Shown here: positions 1-13,664 of the stretch, one piece after another
Numbering within the stretch: position 1 is the first letter of the stretch
Layout of the letters: each line of letters begins with the position of its first letter
From: Octopus sinensis
Lineage: Eukaryota
Assembly (NCBI RefSeq): GCF_006345805.1
Contig: NC_042999.1
Coordinates: 79,298,001-79,362,000, forward strand
Direction: 5' to 3'
Length of the DNA stretch: 64,000 nucleotides
Position numbers and translations under genes: made by a program
The notes under the pieces: model-generated
Database searches by the model: none
What the model was told of the DNA's origin: nothing
Seen by the model: only the letters and a program-made list of their open reading frames with translations

Positions 1-368
1 TTACACGACATCGCCATAGCACAATCAACAGCAACAAGAACAACAATAACAATAACGATCTAGATTAATATTAGTATAAGTATGGAATGTCTCTATCTAC
101 AGATCGTATCCCTACCTAGTAATATATGCATGGTGTGTGTGTGTGTGTGCTCGTGTATATGCGTTCATGCTTATATATTAACGTATGTGTTTACTGCTTG
201 CTAACGAGAAAGCATAATAAATATTTCGCACCGACGGGAATAATTAAAATAACAACACGAGGAAATATTTGGAGGATGGGGGCGGGGGCGGGGTAACATG
301 TGAAAATGTAAATACAATTTCCAATAAAGGATCAACAATGTTCCTAATAATAAAAAATAATGATGAAG

Positions 369-445
<77 letters not shown>

Positions 446-446
446 C
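369..446 (+). repeat. (AAT)n microsatellite
   Basis: ~26 perfect AAT units; representative of very many TA, CA, GA, AAT and GATA arrays throughout the window. Confidence 0.97.
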
Positions 447-603
447 ATAATAGTTACAACAACAGCAACAACAGTAACAAACCCAGTATTAATTTTAATA
501 AGTATAACGTCCACGAAAATAACTTCTGTATGCGTGCATACATATTATATGTATATATATATTATCTATGTATGTGTGTGTACATATACATATTCATATG
601 TAA

Positions 604-640
<37 letters not shown>

Positions 641-651
641 TATATATATAG

Positions 652-701
<50 letters not shown>

Positions 702-1402
702 TATGTAATATACATATATGCATGTGCATGCATACATATATACACATTTTTGAATTTTGTTCGGCTTAAAAATTAATTGCTTACTTTTTGCCTAAAATTA
801 ATTGGGCTTTCATATCTGATGAGTTTCCAAAATTTGCTAGCGCTCACCAACGCACCAAACATATCTATCCATTTCTAGAATTGTCTCCCCGCTGCAACCC
901 ACCAATTTGTAATTTCTGAACGTCAAAATTACAATGTGATAGAAGCCAAAGAAAAAGAGATATATAAATAAAACTATATTTTTAAATTGAAATTAAAAAG
1001 AAGGAAAAAAAAACCCATAATAATAATTATAATAATAATAATAATAATAATGATAATAATAATAATGATAATAATAATAATATCCATAATGAATCTTGTG
1101 AAAAATTGGAAATGGAAAATTGAAAAATTAACAAAATTAAAATTAGAATGAAAAAAAAAAAATTAGTTACTTAACTAATCTAATTCTTTTGTAATTGAAA
1201 TAGCAAAATATTCTTAAAGGTGCGAGATTTTGGTAATTATTTGAAGTTTTTCACACATGCACATTTGTATACATGTATATATGTGTAGCTATGTGTATAT
1301 GCATGTATTTATAAAGACAGATAGGTAGGGAGATGAGCAATGCTTAATCTATCTCGCTATCTATCTAAATGTACACACACAGACATATACACACGCGCAC
1401 GC

Positions 1403-1438
<36 letters not shown>

Positions 1439-1749
1439 AACACACGTGTATATATCGAGAGAAAGAGAAAGAAAAATAGAATGAAACAGTTAAAAGTGAA
1501 AAACATGCAGAGTGAGTGCAAAAGAAACGAGTGAAAGGTGAAAAGTAGAGTCCTTTCTCGTCTCTAAAGGGTTCTATATATAATATATGATTTTTGCAAA
1601 GAAAATATGAAAACTTTTGGAGGCTTTTCATAAAATCGCAAAACTTCACACAAGGAAGAAAGCTTTGAATCAGAAATTAGCGCACACACAGTCGTACGTA
1701 CTGCATCATAACTGGCCTGAAGATCCTGGGCTGTGACAGGTGATATATA

Positions 1750-1791
<42 letters not shown>

Positions 1792-1942
1792 ACTTATCAA
1801 AACTAAAATACACTCTACATTATACAGCTTTATCAGTGCAGACACAACTTGGTGCTTTTTGCATTTTATGTATTATTATTATTCATTTCAGATTGTAGTA
1901 TATTAATTGTTTATAGCAATTATCCATGCTGTAGCAACGACC

Positions 1943-2342
1943 ATGAAAATCAGAAGCGAGAGAGTTGTTTGATTTTAAAAGAGGGTATATTGTGGGTCAC
2001 TGTGAGGGTGGACTTAGTCAACGTAAGATTACACAAAACCTCCGGATTCCTCTGGACTCAATGAGCAGAGTGTCTGTACACTTTGTCAGCAAAGGAAAAG
2101 AAGGTACAATATCCCTCTCAGGTCAACCTGAGAGGTGTCTACGAACTGTCAAGCGGATTGTTGAAAATAATCCTTCATTGTAAGACAGATGATGTTGCAG
2201 AACGGCGCCAATTTGGAGTACTGCTGTGACGTATCTTCAATTTGGAGTACTTCAGTAAGGTGTCTCCATAAACTCGGCTACTATGTCAGAGCAACTAGAA
2301 GGAAATCTCTTCATCGTCCATTAAATATTCAGTAAAGGAGAA
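1943..2342 (+). mobile_element. Tc1/mariner transposase N-terminal remnant (frameshifted, with stops)
   Basis: MKIRS/RELFDFKRGYIVGHCEGGLSQRKITQNLRIPLDSMSRV...KRIVENNP followed by RCLHKLGYYVRATRRKSLHRPLNIQ*RR; this matches the Tc1-type paired HTH DNA-binding region and the GRxxRRKP linker. Confidence 0.8.
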
Positions 2343-2419
2343 ATAATTTTTTAAAAACGATGGTGTCTGTTTACTTTCCCGACATTTGTATAAACATACG
2401 CGCGTGCGCACAGACACAC

Positions 2420-2640
2420 TCATACGTACAATATATATTTAATCAACTCAAATAAACGGATAAACAAATTGAGAAAAATGAAAAAAAGAGAAAATACGAC
2501 GAAAGTGAGTGTGTGCACAAGAAGTATAATAGCTTGACGCTCAGTGAAAGGAGAGAGTTTAACGTTTCGAGCACAACTCTTCGTCGGAAAGGAGAAAGGG
2601 AAGAGTTCAACGAAGGAGAAAAGAGGTAACGTGTAGTTAC
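2420..2640 (-). mobile_element. Non-coding PLE-like terminal-repeat fragment with minimal hammerhead-like motif (variant subfamily)
   Basis: Reverse complement of 2556-2592 is CCTTT CCGACGA A GAG TTGTG CTC GAAAC GTT AAA. The downstream ctgagcg...tatact segment is shared with the copies at 17666, 35761 and 57917. Confidence 0.6.
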
Positions 2641-2697
2641 ATACATACATACGTATATATAATATATATATATGCATATATATATATATATACATGT

Positions 2698-2965
2698 ACA
2701 TACATATATATGTATATAGGTATGCATATGTGGGTACAGGACATCATAGAACGTAAACAACATGAAATACGAAAATAAAGTTGGGTACGCAAAGAACGAG
2801 ACAGCCGACAACTGATGAAGGGTCGTGTTTTATGTTACTTGTCTTGTTTTCCAGTTGTTTCTCTCGTTCTTTGCGTACCCAGCTTTATTTCCGTATTTCA
2901 TGTTGTTTACGTTTTATGACGTCCTGTAACCATATATGCATACCTATATACATATATATGTATGT
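2698..2965. repeat. Foldback element: ~104-bp inverted arms with a 60-bp spacer containing CTGATGAAG
   Basis: 2698-2801 is the near-perfect reverse complement of 2862-2965 (e.g. gggtacgcaaagaacgaga / tctcgttctttgcgtaccc); embedded in TA repeats. Confidence 0.85.
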
Positions 2966-3119
2966 AGATATATGTATATATATAAGCATATATATATTAT
3001 TTATATTATTATTTGATTGAACGCCACTTTTCCATTTCCAAGTATATTTTAAATATATATATATCTTTTAAATTCGATATTATTATATATATATATAATA
3101 TATAGATTAATATATATAT

Positions 3120-3190
3120 ATATACTTTGATACTTTGATAGGTTTCGGCCATTATTGGCCCAGGCCATGTCTAACTTAATAGCACCACCT
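3120..3190 (-). mobile_element. Isolated LINE 3'-UTR/tail fragment
   Basis: Reverse complement reads ggtggtgct...atggcctgggccaataatggccgaaacctatcaaagtatcaaagta, similar to the 3' end of the LINE fragment at 18370-18425 (ggtggtgctatggcctgggtctatactggcccaaaacctattaaagcatcaa). Confidence 0.55.
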
Positions 3191-4296
3191 ATATATATAT
3201 ATATATATATATTAATGTATGTGTATGTGTATACAGCACCAATACTTGGTGTCTTTCGTATATTTCACTTTGTGGGTTGCATTTAAAGCGAGTCTCCAGT
3301 TTGAAAATATCTCCCTCCTACCGACCTGTTTTGAAGCTCTACATCACTCCAGGCTAAAAGAGAAAATGGGAAAATCTGCAAATATAAGGCATAAGTACTT
3401 ACTACAGTTTATCAAATGTTTAGATAAAGTGTTTGCTTATTTTCATTTTTCTATTTTATTTTGGAGGTTTGAAACACGTGACGTGGTACCCCCAGGCATA
3501 TGACAAAGTAACGCACCGAGAGTATGCCCACTTTGCTGGTACCCTTTAACCGAAGTCACCAACGACAGTTTACTAAATAGTTAGTTCTTTAAACCGATTA
3601 GTACAGTGCCCTAAATTTATAAGTTGAATTAAACATACAAATTAATGTATATACTTTATAATTGAATATGCAAATTAAATTTGATGTATTAATTGATATA
3701 TAAATATAGTCTTTTTAATCATTGTATGTTTTATCTCATATCATTTTAGCTTTTCACGTAAAACTATATACAGCACATACTTATATTAATTTTTAAATAT
3801 TTTCAGGTTTTGAGAATACGTATGCCAGTAAGTTTTATTTTAAATCTAATTTTAAATGATTCTGAGCTGTAATAAACCGAAGAATGGGTCATTGAATTCC
3901 CCTTCATTGAATTAAGTAAACCATTTAATATATATTTTACAAAATCATTACTAACCAAGTTCACAATAATCTACTTATCACATTACGCTGACTAAATCCT
4001 TTATAATTATTAATCATAGTCTTGATTATTTGGCTAATTCATTATCAGTTGCAGAGACTGACAATCTTACGTTACTTCTATTCGTTCAAGGACTAATAGA
4101 CCTTTTATCGAAATCCCCCGCTTAATTCCATCTGTTCCGTTTCGCTAGGCAGTAAATAGGCATGTCATATTATCAACAGCAGTGGCGGTGGGAGTTGCGT
4201 TAGTTGTGTTAGACGAGGGTATGAACATTTGTTAGTGAAAAATTGCGGTGCTTTAGGCCTTAAGTCAACAAATTCTTCCCAATTAATATGCAATCG

Positions 4297-4500
4297 TTTT
4301 CTTGTTTCAGTCATTCGACAGTGGCCATGTTGGGGTACCACCTTGAAGTGTTTAGTCGAATAAATCACCCCTAGTGCCTTTACTTTTATTAAAGTCTACT
4401 ACATACTTTATTGATCACATGCTTACCAATTGCCTCTGAAGAAGTAAACAAACCAACAGCGGTTGTCAAGTAGTGTGGATACAAACACAAATACTCAAGC
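4297..4500 (-). mobile_element. SINE family A, 3' half (degenerate)
   Basis: cttgtttcagtcattcgacagtggccatgttggggtaccacc...ggttgtcaag matches the family A tail and body. Confidence 0.7.
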
Positions 4501-4515
4501 ACATACAGATACCTA

Positions 4516-4591
<76 letters not shown>

Positions 4592-4621
4592 CTAACTAGC
4601 TGGTTACATAGTTTTATCATT

Positions 4622-4815
4622 TACAAATTACAACCAGAGTCTGAGGCCATGCTGGTGCGCTGCCTTTCAGTGCGATTGGTTCTTTTTGTGTGTTGTTTCT
4701 GGTAAAGTAGCGAGTTAGACGGAGCTGCACTTCTTCGTGTCTCCTGCTGTGATGTGGGTTCACATGATATCTCAGATAAAAATGTTTCCAGACGTTCTCT
4801 GAAGACCGCCATTCG
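4622..4815 (-). mobile_element. CR1-group LINE ORF2 extreme C-terminus plus 3' UTR
   Basis: Translates to AVFRERLETFLSEISCEPTSQQETRRSAAPSNSLLYQ (FKxxLDxFLxxIPDEP...NSL type terminus). It is followed by aaaggcagcgcaccagcatggcctcag, the tail motif shared with the SINEs. Confidence 0.7.
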
Positions 4816-4872
4816 AATAGTACTTTAATGAAATGCTCTCTTTCTCTCCTTCTTCTTCTCTCTCTCTCTCTG

Positions 4873-4907
<35 letters not shown>

Positions 4908-5632
4908 AAGAGAGAGAGAAAGAGAGAGGGGAGAGAGAGGAGACCGAGACAGAAGACAGAGAAGGGCTTCCATAGTTGCTGCAGCTGAAGTTCACCACAC
5001 TTATAATTGGCCAACTGCAGGCTATGGAAGACGCTGGTTCTAAGTACCATGCAGTGGGAATGATTGAGGAACAAGATGGTTCGGAAAAGAATCTCTTCAC
5101 TACATGACCATATATGTAACATAGACATACACAAACTTACAAAAAACACACCGAATAGCGAGAAATTTGCGCTTAGTTATAAAACATGGTACATTTCCAA
5201 TTTTCTACCCAAAAATAAGAAAAAATAATGAAAAACAAAAAGAAAAGAACTTCTGCCTAGATCAAGTAACACCGGCAATATGGAATATAACAATAACACC
5301 AGTTTAAAAAACCGTAATAACAAATATCAACGTTGTAATGACCAACAACATCTTCATCGCACATGAAGAAAAAAATAACGTCAAGAATATGGGCATAATA
5401 ACAACGAGACAAACAAAATACCAACAACAGCAGCCATATTATATGAAGGAAAGGAATGCAAAGTGTGATAGGAGACAATGCCGCTTTGTAGAAAACTATA
5501 TAAAGATAATAACTCCCTACAAGGTAGATTAAATATGAACATTAAATAACAATCCAATACCATAATTAGCTATACTGGATATATATATATAGTATATATA
5601 TATTATATATATATATATATATACATATATAG

Positions 5633-5665
<33 letters not shown>

Positions 5666-5773
5666 CTATATATATAACATATATATATACATATATATAA
5701 TATACATATATATATATACATATATATATATACATATATATACATATATATATATATATATAATATATATATA

Positions 5774-5818
<45 letters not shown>

Positions 5819-6158
5819 CATATTATATATATAATACACACACCCATATATATATATATATATATATATTATATTTACACACACACATATATATATATAT
5901 GTATATATATGTATATATATGTATATATATATATTATATATATAATATATATATATATATATACACGCAGACGTATATAGTATATATTCGCGTGACTTTG
6001 TGTATGCGCGCTTGTATACCTGTATACGGACATGGATAGATAAATGCTAGAATATTTATTTGTTTATTTTTTTTGTTTAGATTTTGATTACATTGTGTGA
6101 CAACCGATCGCACACAACACACGCAAATGCGAACATCAAACACACACACACACACACA

Positions 6159-6189
<31 letters not shown>

Positions 6190-6583
6190 ATATATATATC
6201 TATATATATATATATACAGTATGCATGTATGACTGGTTGAGTGGGGTGTGTATTGATGTTGCATATCAATCTTTTTCTGCTGTAATTACGCATGTGTGCG
6301 TATATATATATATAGAGAGAGACATACATGCTTAAATATGTGCATACACACACTGATATTTATAGGGAGGGAGGCTAGAGAAGAGAAAGACAGAGAGAGA
6401 GAGAGAGAAAGAGAGAAAGAGAGGGGGGCTAATTGAAATGGGGAGATTACTCTATGCACACACCTCTAATTGATTCACACCTTATCCAGAATCAGTTATT
6501 TGTTCACTGCAAGCTGTTTTTTCTACACAATTGTCTTTTCTCCACTTGCAATCAAATTATCTTCACACACACACATTCACATA

Positions 6584-6634
<51 letters not shown>

Positions 6635-9600
6635 ACTCACACACGCACCCGCGCGAACACACACACGCGCACATGCTGCATCTTGTATTCTGTCGTGATA
6701 GTAACGGCAGCTGTAGTGATCGTAGCTGCGTCGGTGGGCAAGGAGATAGCGCCGGTAGCGGAGGTGCCAGTGGCGGCGGCAGCAACAGCAGTGAAGGGGG
6801 CGGCGGTGGCAGCGGTGGTGGTGGCAGCGGTGGTGGTGGTGGTTGTGGTGGTGGCGGCGGTGGTGATTGTACTCGCGGATTTGATGTTGGTGGGAGTTAA
6901 TGGTTGTGAGAATAACGGTGGTGATGGTGGCGCTGATAGTCTTGGTTAAGATGATGGTGCTAGGTGGTGGTCGTGGCGGTGTTCGTTATGGTAAGTGCTG
7001 GTGGAGCTAATGGTGCATGTGTTGGGATTTACGTGGTGGTCGTGACTGTAATGTCTGTGATAGTGGTTGTGGTTTGTGATAAATTATTTTCTTCCTCTTA
7101 TGACTAAGAAAAATTTCCATGATGGAGTGTAAGCGACTAGGAATTGGTACACACACAAACCCGCATATGCACTGCACCCCATACATACGTACATACGTAC
7201 ACACACACACACACGCACACTGACGAAAGCGCGTGTGACTTGCATGTGTATATCCATGTATACATGGGTGCACAAAACTCTCTTACATTATACATTTATA
7301 AAGATATTGTTTCTTTCGTATGCGTATGTGTGTTTGAGTGTGTGTGTGTGTGTGTGAGCGCGAGCGTGCATGCGTGTATGTGTGTATTTGTGTGCACGCG
7401 CACATACATTGATGAACTTAGATGGACATTATACGTTCAGGTATTCTCACCACTCACACAAATACACATAATCATAGACACACACATACAAACACGTATA
7501 CAAATTCAGAAAGATATACACGATATATTCTCTCCTTCTCTTTCTCTCTCCTTTTCTCTCTCTTCCTCCTTTTCTCTCTCTCTCTCTCTCTCTCCCTGTC
7601 TCTGACACATACACACACACTTAGAAATATATATAAGAACACACATACAAGCATTTATCATATGCATTCCCATTCTCTTAGTAACTGATTGCTACATTGA
7701 CATATATATCCATACGCGCTTACAAGTTATACATATAGGCCTACAAAGATGTGTATGGGGACGCATATACGAGTTCAAAAAAATATTGATTTATTTAAAT
7801 CATGCGTAAGACGAGACATTTGTAAGAGTCCGGAATGTTAGTGTTTTGGCTACCATACCTTTGTACATAGTTACTGATAATATTAAATAAATTAGGCTTG
7901 GAAACGACTGATTTGACAGTCTTGAAGCTGTCCTCCATTTTATGAACAGACGTTCACTCTACAATGTTGACTTCCATCTTATAGAACTGGAATATAAACT
8001 AAGAAGATGAAGTTGGCCTCTTTTTGTATTAGAGAAATTAAATTTCTTTTGATTGAACGAAAAATAATTTCTCCTTTATGTCGGGATGAAAATGGCGTAT
8101 TGTAACAAGTGACTCAAATAAAATATATTCCTGGTTCTATTAGTTCCAGAATAACCAGAGGTAATTTCCGGCACAATCATAATCTTTAACAATTCAAAAG
8201 TACCTGGAATTGATAGTCCCCAATTTCTGGTTATAGTACTTAACCAGTTGATATAAAGCTGAAAGTCTTCAGAGTTCATAAAGTCCTCAAGTTTTGGTTA
8301 AAGTACTTAAGATGTAGATATGAAACTACCGTAGTTAATTTACAAAATAAAGAAATAAAGAAAAACGTAAAACCAACAAAAAATGACTGGTTAGTAAAGT
8401 TGAACATTATATATATTATCTTGACGTCTACACTCTCTAGCGGGGCGGTTGATGATACGGAAAACACTAGATTAAAGGAAATATTGTAAGAAAAGGAAAA
8501 TGAAGGATGAAAATAACAGTTATTGGTAACGCGAGCAATAATTGAAGACATGAGAAAAAACAAATGTCTAAGTATGACAGGCTAAAATTGATTTCAGAAA
8601 AAAACATTCGACATTATTTTATACTTCTGGATAACAAAAATACTCTACAGATATAAAGCAGCCCGATATTGAAAAAATATATTAGCAGTATTATATAAAA
8701 ATAGAAATACAAAAAGAAAATACAGCAGAAATCAAACTTATTTCTACATGAAGAATTTTTCAAGCTTATTTCTTACACCTAGTAATCTGCAGTCTAGCTC
8801 TAACTCTAATCTAATTTTCAATTGTGACAAATATCACAGAGAAGCTTATAGATCATCTCCTCTAAATATACGGGTGCTTTTAAAACATACAGAAGTTGCC
8901 TATTGTAAAAGAAACACATGTCAACAGCTGTCCTGTTTTCTCCAAACAATTATATGTTTGTCTTAATGGTGTGTCAATTTGAGAGAATTCTTGTTATTTG
9001 AAATTATCTCCCCTTCTCATCTGTAGTTGGTCACCATTTTCGAGGATAATTTCGTCCGTTGTTGCCTTTGGAGATCCTGAAAAGAGTCAGTGGGTGCTGC
9101 CTTTATTCCTCTGAATTCTGTACGAACTGAACAAGAGTAAACCAATTTGAAAGCAAACAATGATGACAATCTCTAAAGTAAAAGTATAAACGGAAGATCT
9201 GATTTTAGTTTCACAAGATCAATGCTGAACTACATAATGGCCTTCTAACCTTCCCATAATAAATGCATTAAATAAAAACAAAAACAAAATAAAATAAAAC
9301 AAGAGACTAACACCAACTGCGGACTATGTAATCAACACAAAGAAACATACGATACGTCATTTCCGGCTACCTAGTCCATACAAACAAATTATACAAGCAT
9401 ACATGACTAAGTGGATAGTTATATCCATTGGTTAATTGGTTAACACTTATTTATCAAAACTGAAAATAAATGGTAGAAATAAACGTCTAATCCATTATGT
9501 GACAATAACGATACTATGGAGTATGTCTATTCAAGATCAAAGCAAATCCCCCATGCATCCTAATAAATATAAAGTAAAACCTATGAACTTCAATAGATAA

Positions 9601-10371
9601 TTTGATCATTTCCGAACGAAACTTCTCCAATAAAGGAAGTTGAAACGCTATGTATGAGGGAATTAATACAATGTAATTTATAAACGGTATGGACAAAAAC
9701 CTGCATTCGGGGATATTAAGACATGAATAGGAACAAAACCTTAAAACCCATATTAGATTTTCCATATTTACGCATTCACCATAAATGTGTTATTCTAAGT
9801 ACAAATTTCACGAAGACTCAATTCTATAGCACAATTTACATATCACATTCTACACAATCAATTGACAATATTTTAAAAAGGTTTTACGAAAGAACGCTAA
9901 AATAACAAAGCAAGAAATATCAAGAAAATCCCCAACAACACGGCACATTCAATATCATAATATAACTTCTTCCCTCTTGAGCATAAAAGAAAAACAGCAA
10001 AGAAAGAGGAAAACAAAAACAGTATAAACCTGGTATTGTAGCAAACAACTTACATAAAATTTCTGAGAACTACAAAGGCAACGACGATAACAGCGAAAAC
10101 ATTAGCACCTCATGCTAGAATTCGTATCACACGCATACATATGCACTCAGACAATTCTACAGAGACGTACATGATGAAAGAGAATATAACTTGTGAAAAT
10201 AGAATCCCCAACATCCAAGAAAAATGGAAGACAAAAGCTACAGAGGCAATAACAGCAAGAATAACAACAGCGACAATTTCATAATCTCATATATGTAAAA
10301 TCAAAAACATTAACATGTCAAAAAACAAAGGCAAAAATTAAACCCCAGCTGAAACTGGAAAAATAAAAAAA

Positions 10372-10411
<40 letters not shown>

Positions 10412-10789
10412 ATATATATATATATATATATATACATAAATATATGTATATGAATTATAATATTTTATTCTTCGATTTGAAGCGTCAATTGATAACTGCA
10501 ACAAATGAATAAAACAGAATGAGCTAACCCCAGCCAGAATCCAAACCACAAATCAACGCTAACATGGCTCCTTGCGCATCCGATTGGGTCAAACGCTCAT
10601 CCATCAATTTCAGTCAAATTTAGTTAATACATTCTTAAACTGTCTAATACTACATATAATATTTCCAAACCAATATATATACTAAGATTTCCATAGTAGG
10701 TTTCTCTCCTAACTTACAAAGCCTTCTGCGTTTATTTACAAATATATATATAAATATATATGTGTGTGTGCGTTGTGTGTGTGTGTGTT

Positions 10790-10850
<61 letters not shown>

Positions 10851-11005
10851 TGGCTATTCATTATTTAGAACCGAAAGGCAACAAGTATAGGCAAAACGTA
10901 TTGCTAGAAACAAGAGTCAAAACAAGTCTTAGCCACGTAAGAGCACTTTTTAACGGCTGATCAGAGAGACTTAACTGGACATGATATACACACACACACA
11001 CACAT

Positions 11006-11112
<107 letters not shown>

Positions 11113-11830
11113 TGTTTGTTTGTTTTATGTGAAAACAATTTAAATTTAAACCTGCAGAATTACTCAATACTTATCAAACTAGTTAATTCTACTTCGGCTA
11201 TATATTAATAAAAATATGCATATGCTTATATTTTTACTTCTATTTTCTGTTTATACACACACATGCCTGTATTGAGGCCTATACTATATATTTTCAACAG
11301 ACTATCAGTATTTTTGAAATAGTTCACATGTTTGTGTATATATATGTCACACATATATGTATAAATGTATGTATGTGTGTATATGCACGTGTGCTTCTGG
11401 TATTGTATTCTAAGTATGAGGGTGTGTGTATGTGTCTGTGCCTGTATATGCGAGTGTGTTATACAATAATTCTCTTTCCTTCTGTGACTTTACACATTTC
11501 TTTCTCACTGTCGTCATTCGTTTGTATGTCTGTCCGTCTGTCCATCTGTCTGTCTGTCTCTTTTTCTAACCCATTTCTCTTTCTATATCTCTCTTATTTT
11601 CTCCTTCCTCCTCTCTTTCTCCCCCCACCCCACATATTTATACATTACTCAAGCTGTTGTATCATAAAAATCAAACAAAAATGATGCAAAACAACAACAA
11701 AAACAACCAATAAACAAGCAAATAAACAAGAATCTAAGAAAATAACAAACTAATAACAACACTCACAACAGCAACAGGGATAAAGAATACAAAGACAACA
11801 ACTACAAAAAACAAAATAAAACAAAAATCT

Positions 11831-11865
<35 letters not shown>

Positions 11866-12980
11866 CTGGTAACAGCAGCAATAAACAGAATCGTATTTTA
11901 CGGCACTAAAATATATGAAGGATTCATTTTTATTTCATGTTATTCGGAGGTTTTTGCAATATGGCTGTCAAGATTTTCGCTTTCTCTCATTATACATGAA
12001 TTATATGTGTATGGGTATATATATATAATAACATATTCTAGGCTATTTCTTGCTTATCTATAGCTTTTTTTTTTCGCCATGTCGTTCTCGTATTTGTTTT
12101 ATTTCTATATCGCTTCATATACACATGTATACATACGTACACAATCACACGGAGACTGATGTACATAGACCGACATAGGTATAGATACAAATAGGCATAC
12201 GTTTGAGAAAGCTAACGTACATACATACGCATACAGACATACACATACAGATTCATATACATTTTTTGGTAAAAACATACATAATATACATACATGCACA
12301 CATACATACGTAACATACATAACATGCATGTACACATACATTCATGCATATATGTATACTTACATACATACAAAACATACCTAACATACATTCACACATA
12401 CATGCATACATACATGCATGTATATAATACAATACTTAGTGTCGTTATACTGCGGTGCTGTCGAAACGTGAAGTTAAGTAATGACATTACTATACACACA
12501 CGCGCGCACTCGCATATTGATGTATGTCCATCCTGATCATAATGTATAGGTGTTTGCAAATCAAAAATCTCAAGGCATTTTCATAGCAATGACTATTATT
12601 TTACATTTCAGTGTTTAGTTATCGCTGTAAGATGTTTCATCACATGGAACATGGTTCTTGAAACATCATTTTAGACATACATACATACATAAATACATAC
12701 ATAAGTACATGCATATCGCTGTGTAGGGGAGGGTGCTGCCACTGAGAAGCTGAAAGAAGGGCGAAATCACTGGTTACCGTAGCGAACGGTTATCGCCCGT
12801 AAGCAACATAAACACGAGTGCTTTTCTGCATCGCTGGTCCATATGAGAGGCCCTCTCATAGTAATTAACGCAATGTCCTGTCATTTAACACAACATCCAC
12901 TTTTACTGAAAGATAAATAACACCTTTTGGTAATAATACTGCTTCTGAAGCTATTCATTATTATTATCATTATTCGAACG

Positions 12981-13600
12981 GGGGGTGCTACCGGTTCGAG
13001 ATAAACTTTACAGGCACAGATCTGCTGTCAGACGGACTTCTCCGATGCGCACGCAGATTGAGGAAACCGTTTTGCACGTCCTCGTAGAGTGTCCGGTCAT
13101 TGCTGACTTGTGAGGTTATGTCGAACAGCTGCTGTCACGTGTGGGACGGTTCTGTCTACCGGCTGAGTCTGTAGTGATGATCGCACCGCAGCTTTCCTTC
13201 AATCGATCAGGCAAAGCAGTTTTTCTCTGCCTGGTGGTTGTTTGGTGGACAAAGCTGAAACGTATGAGGATGATACATTCCTCTTTAGTAGAGCTCTCAT
13301 TGACTTCAAGTTTGAAAAGGAAATTGAGAGTGGAGAGGGAAGTGCTCTCCTCGAGTGAGTTTTATTGAAAGGTGGGTGAAAGTTGCAAAAAGGGCAAGAA
13401 TGGATGGTACGTCTCTAATTGTAGACCTATGAGTCGGAGAGGGTGAATTGGAGAGGGTATTTGCTCGTGGGGTTTCAGGAAATCTCGGAGAGTAGGATTC
13501 CTCGATTATCCCTATAGGCCTTCTTGTATCAGGAGGACCGCATCTCTATCATCCTCCCCGCCACATTTTTTAAAACATTTGTATGCTATGCATAACGTGA
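12981..13600 (+). mobile_element. Tx1/L1-clade LINE 3' fragment (zf-RVT-like C-terminal domain, degraded)
   Basis: GVLPVRDKLYRHRSAVRRTSPMRTQIEETVLHVLVECPVIADL*GYVEQLL...VWWTK fits the LPxxxxL...CPxC...ETxxHxxxxCPxxxxxW pattern, with a decayed first Cys pair and a stop replacing W. Confidence 0.75.
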
Positions 13601-13621
13601 ATACTAACTTTCTTTCTTTCC

Positions 13622-13664
<43 letters not shown>

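Noticed and set aside
269-769. Long ORFs such as poly-N, poly-[21 protein letters not shown] and CVCVCV here and throughout (e.g. 39932-40738, 20022-20528, 36857-37267)
   Set aside because: They are translations of AAT, TA, CA and GATA microsatellites, which lack stops in some frames; no protein signal.
3318-3352. Possible minus-strand micro-exon (ttttctcttttag|CCTGGAGTGATGTAGAGCTTCAAAACAG|gtcggt)
   Set aside because: Good polypyrimidine tract but a weak donor and no recognisable peptide; unsupported without RNA data.
3601-3640. TACAGTG Tc1-like terminal repeat start (also gcactgta at 24744)
   Set aside because: No matching partner TIR or transposase nearby could be identified; a 7-mer is expected by chance.
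6433-7000. Gly-rich / Val-Ala-rich ORFs (also 41676-42295, 54069-54326, 54493-54991)
   Set aside because: (GGT/GGC/GTN)n low-complexity tracts open in several frames on both strands; no splice signals or domain similarity.
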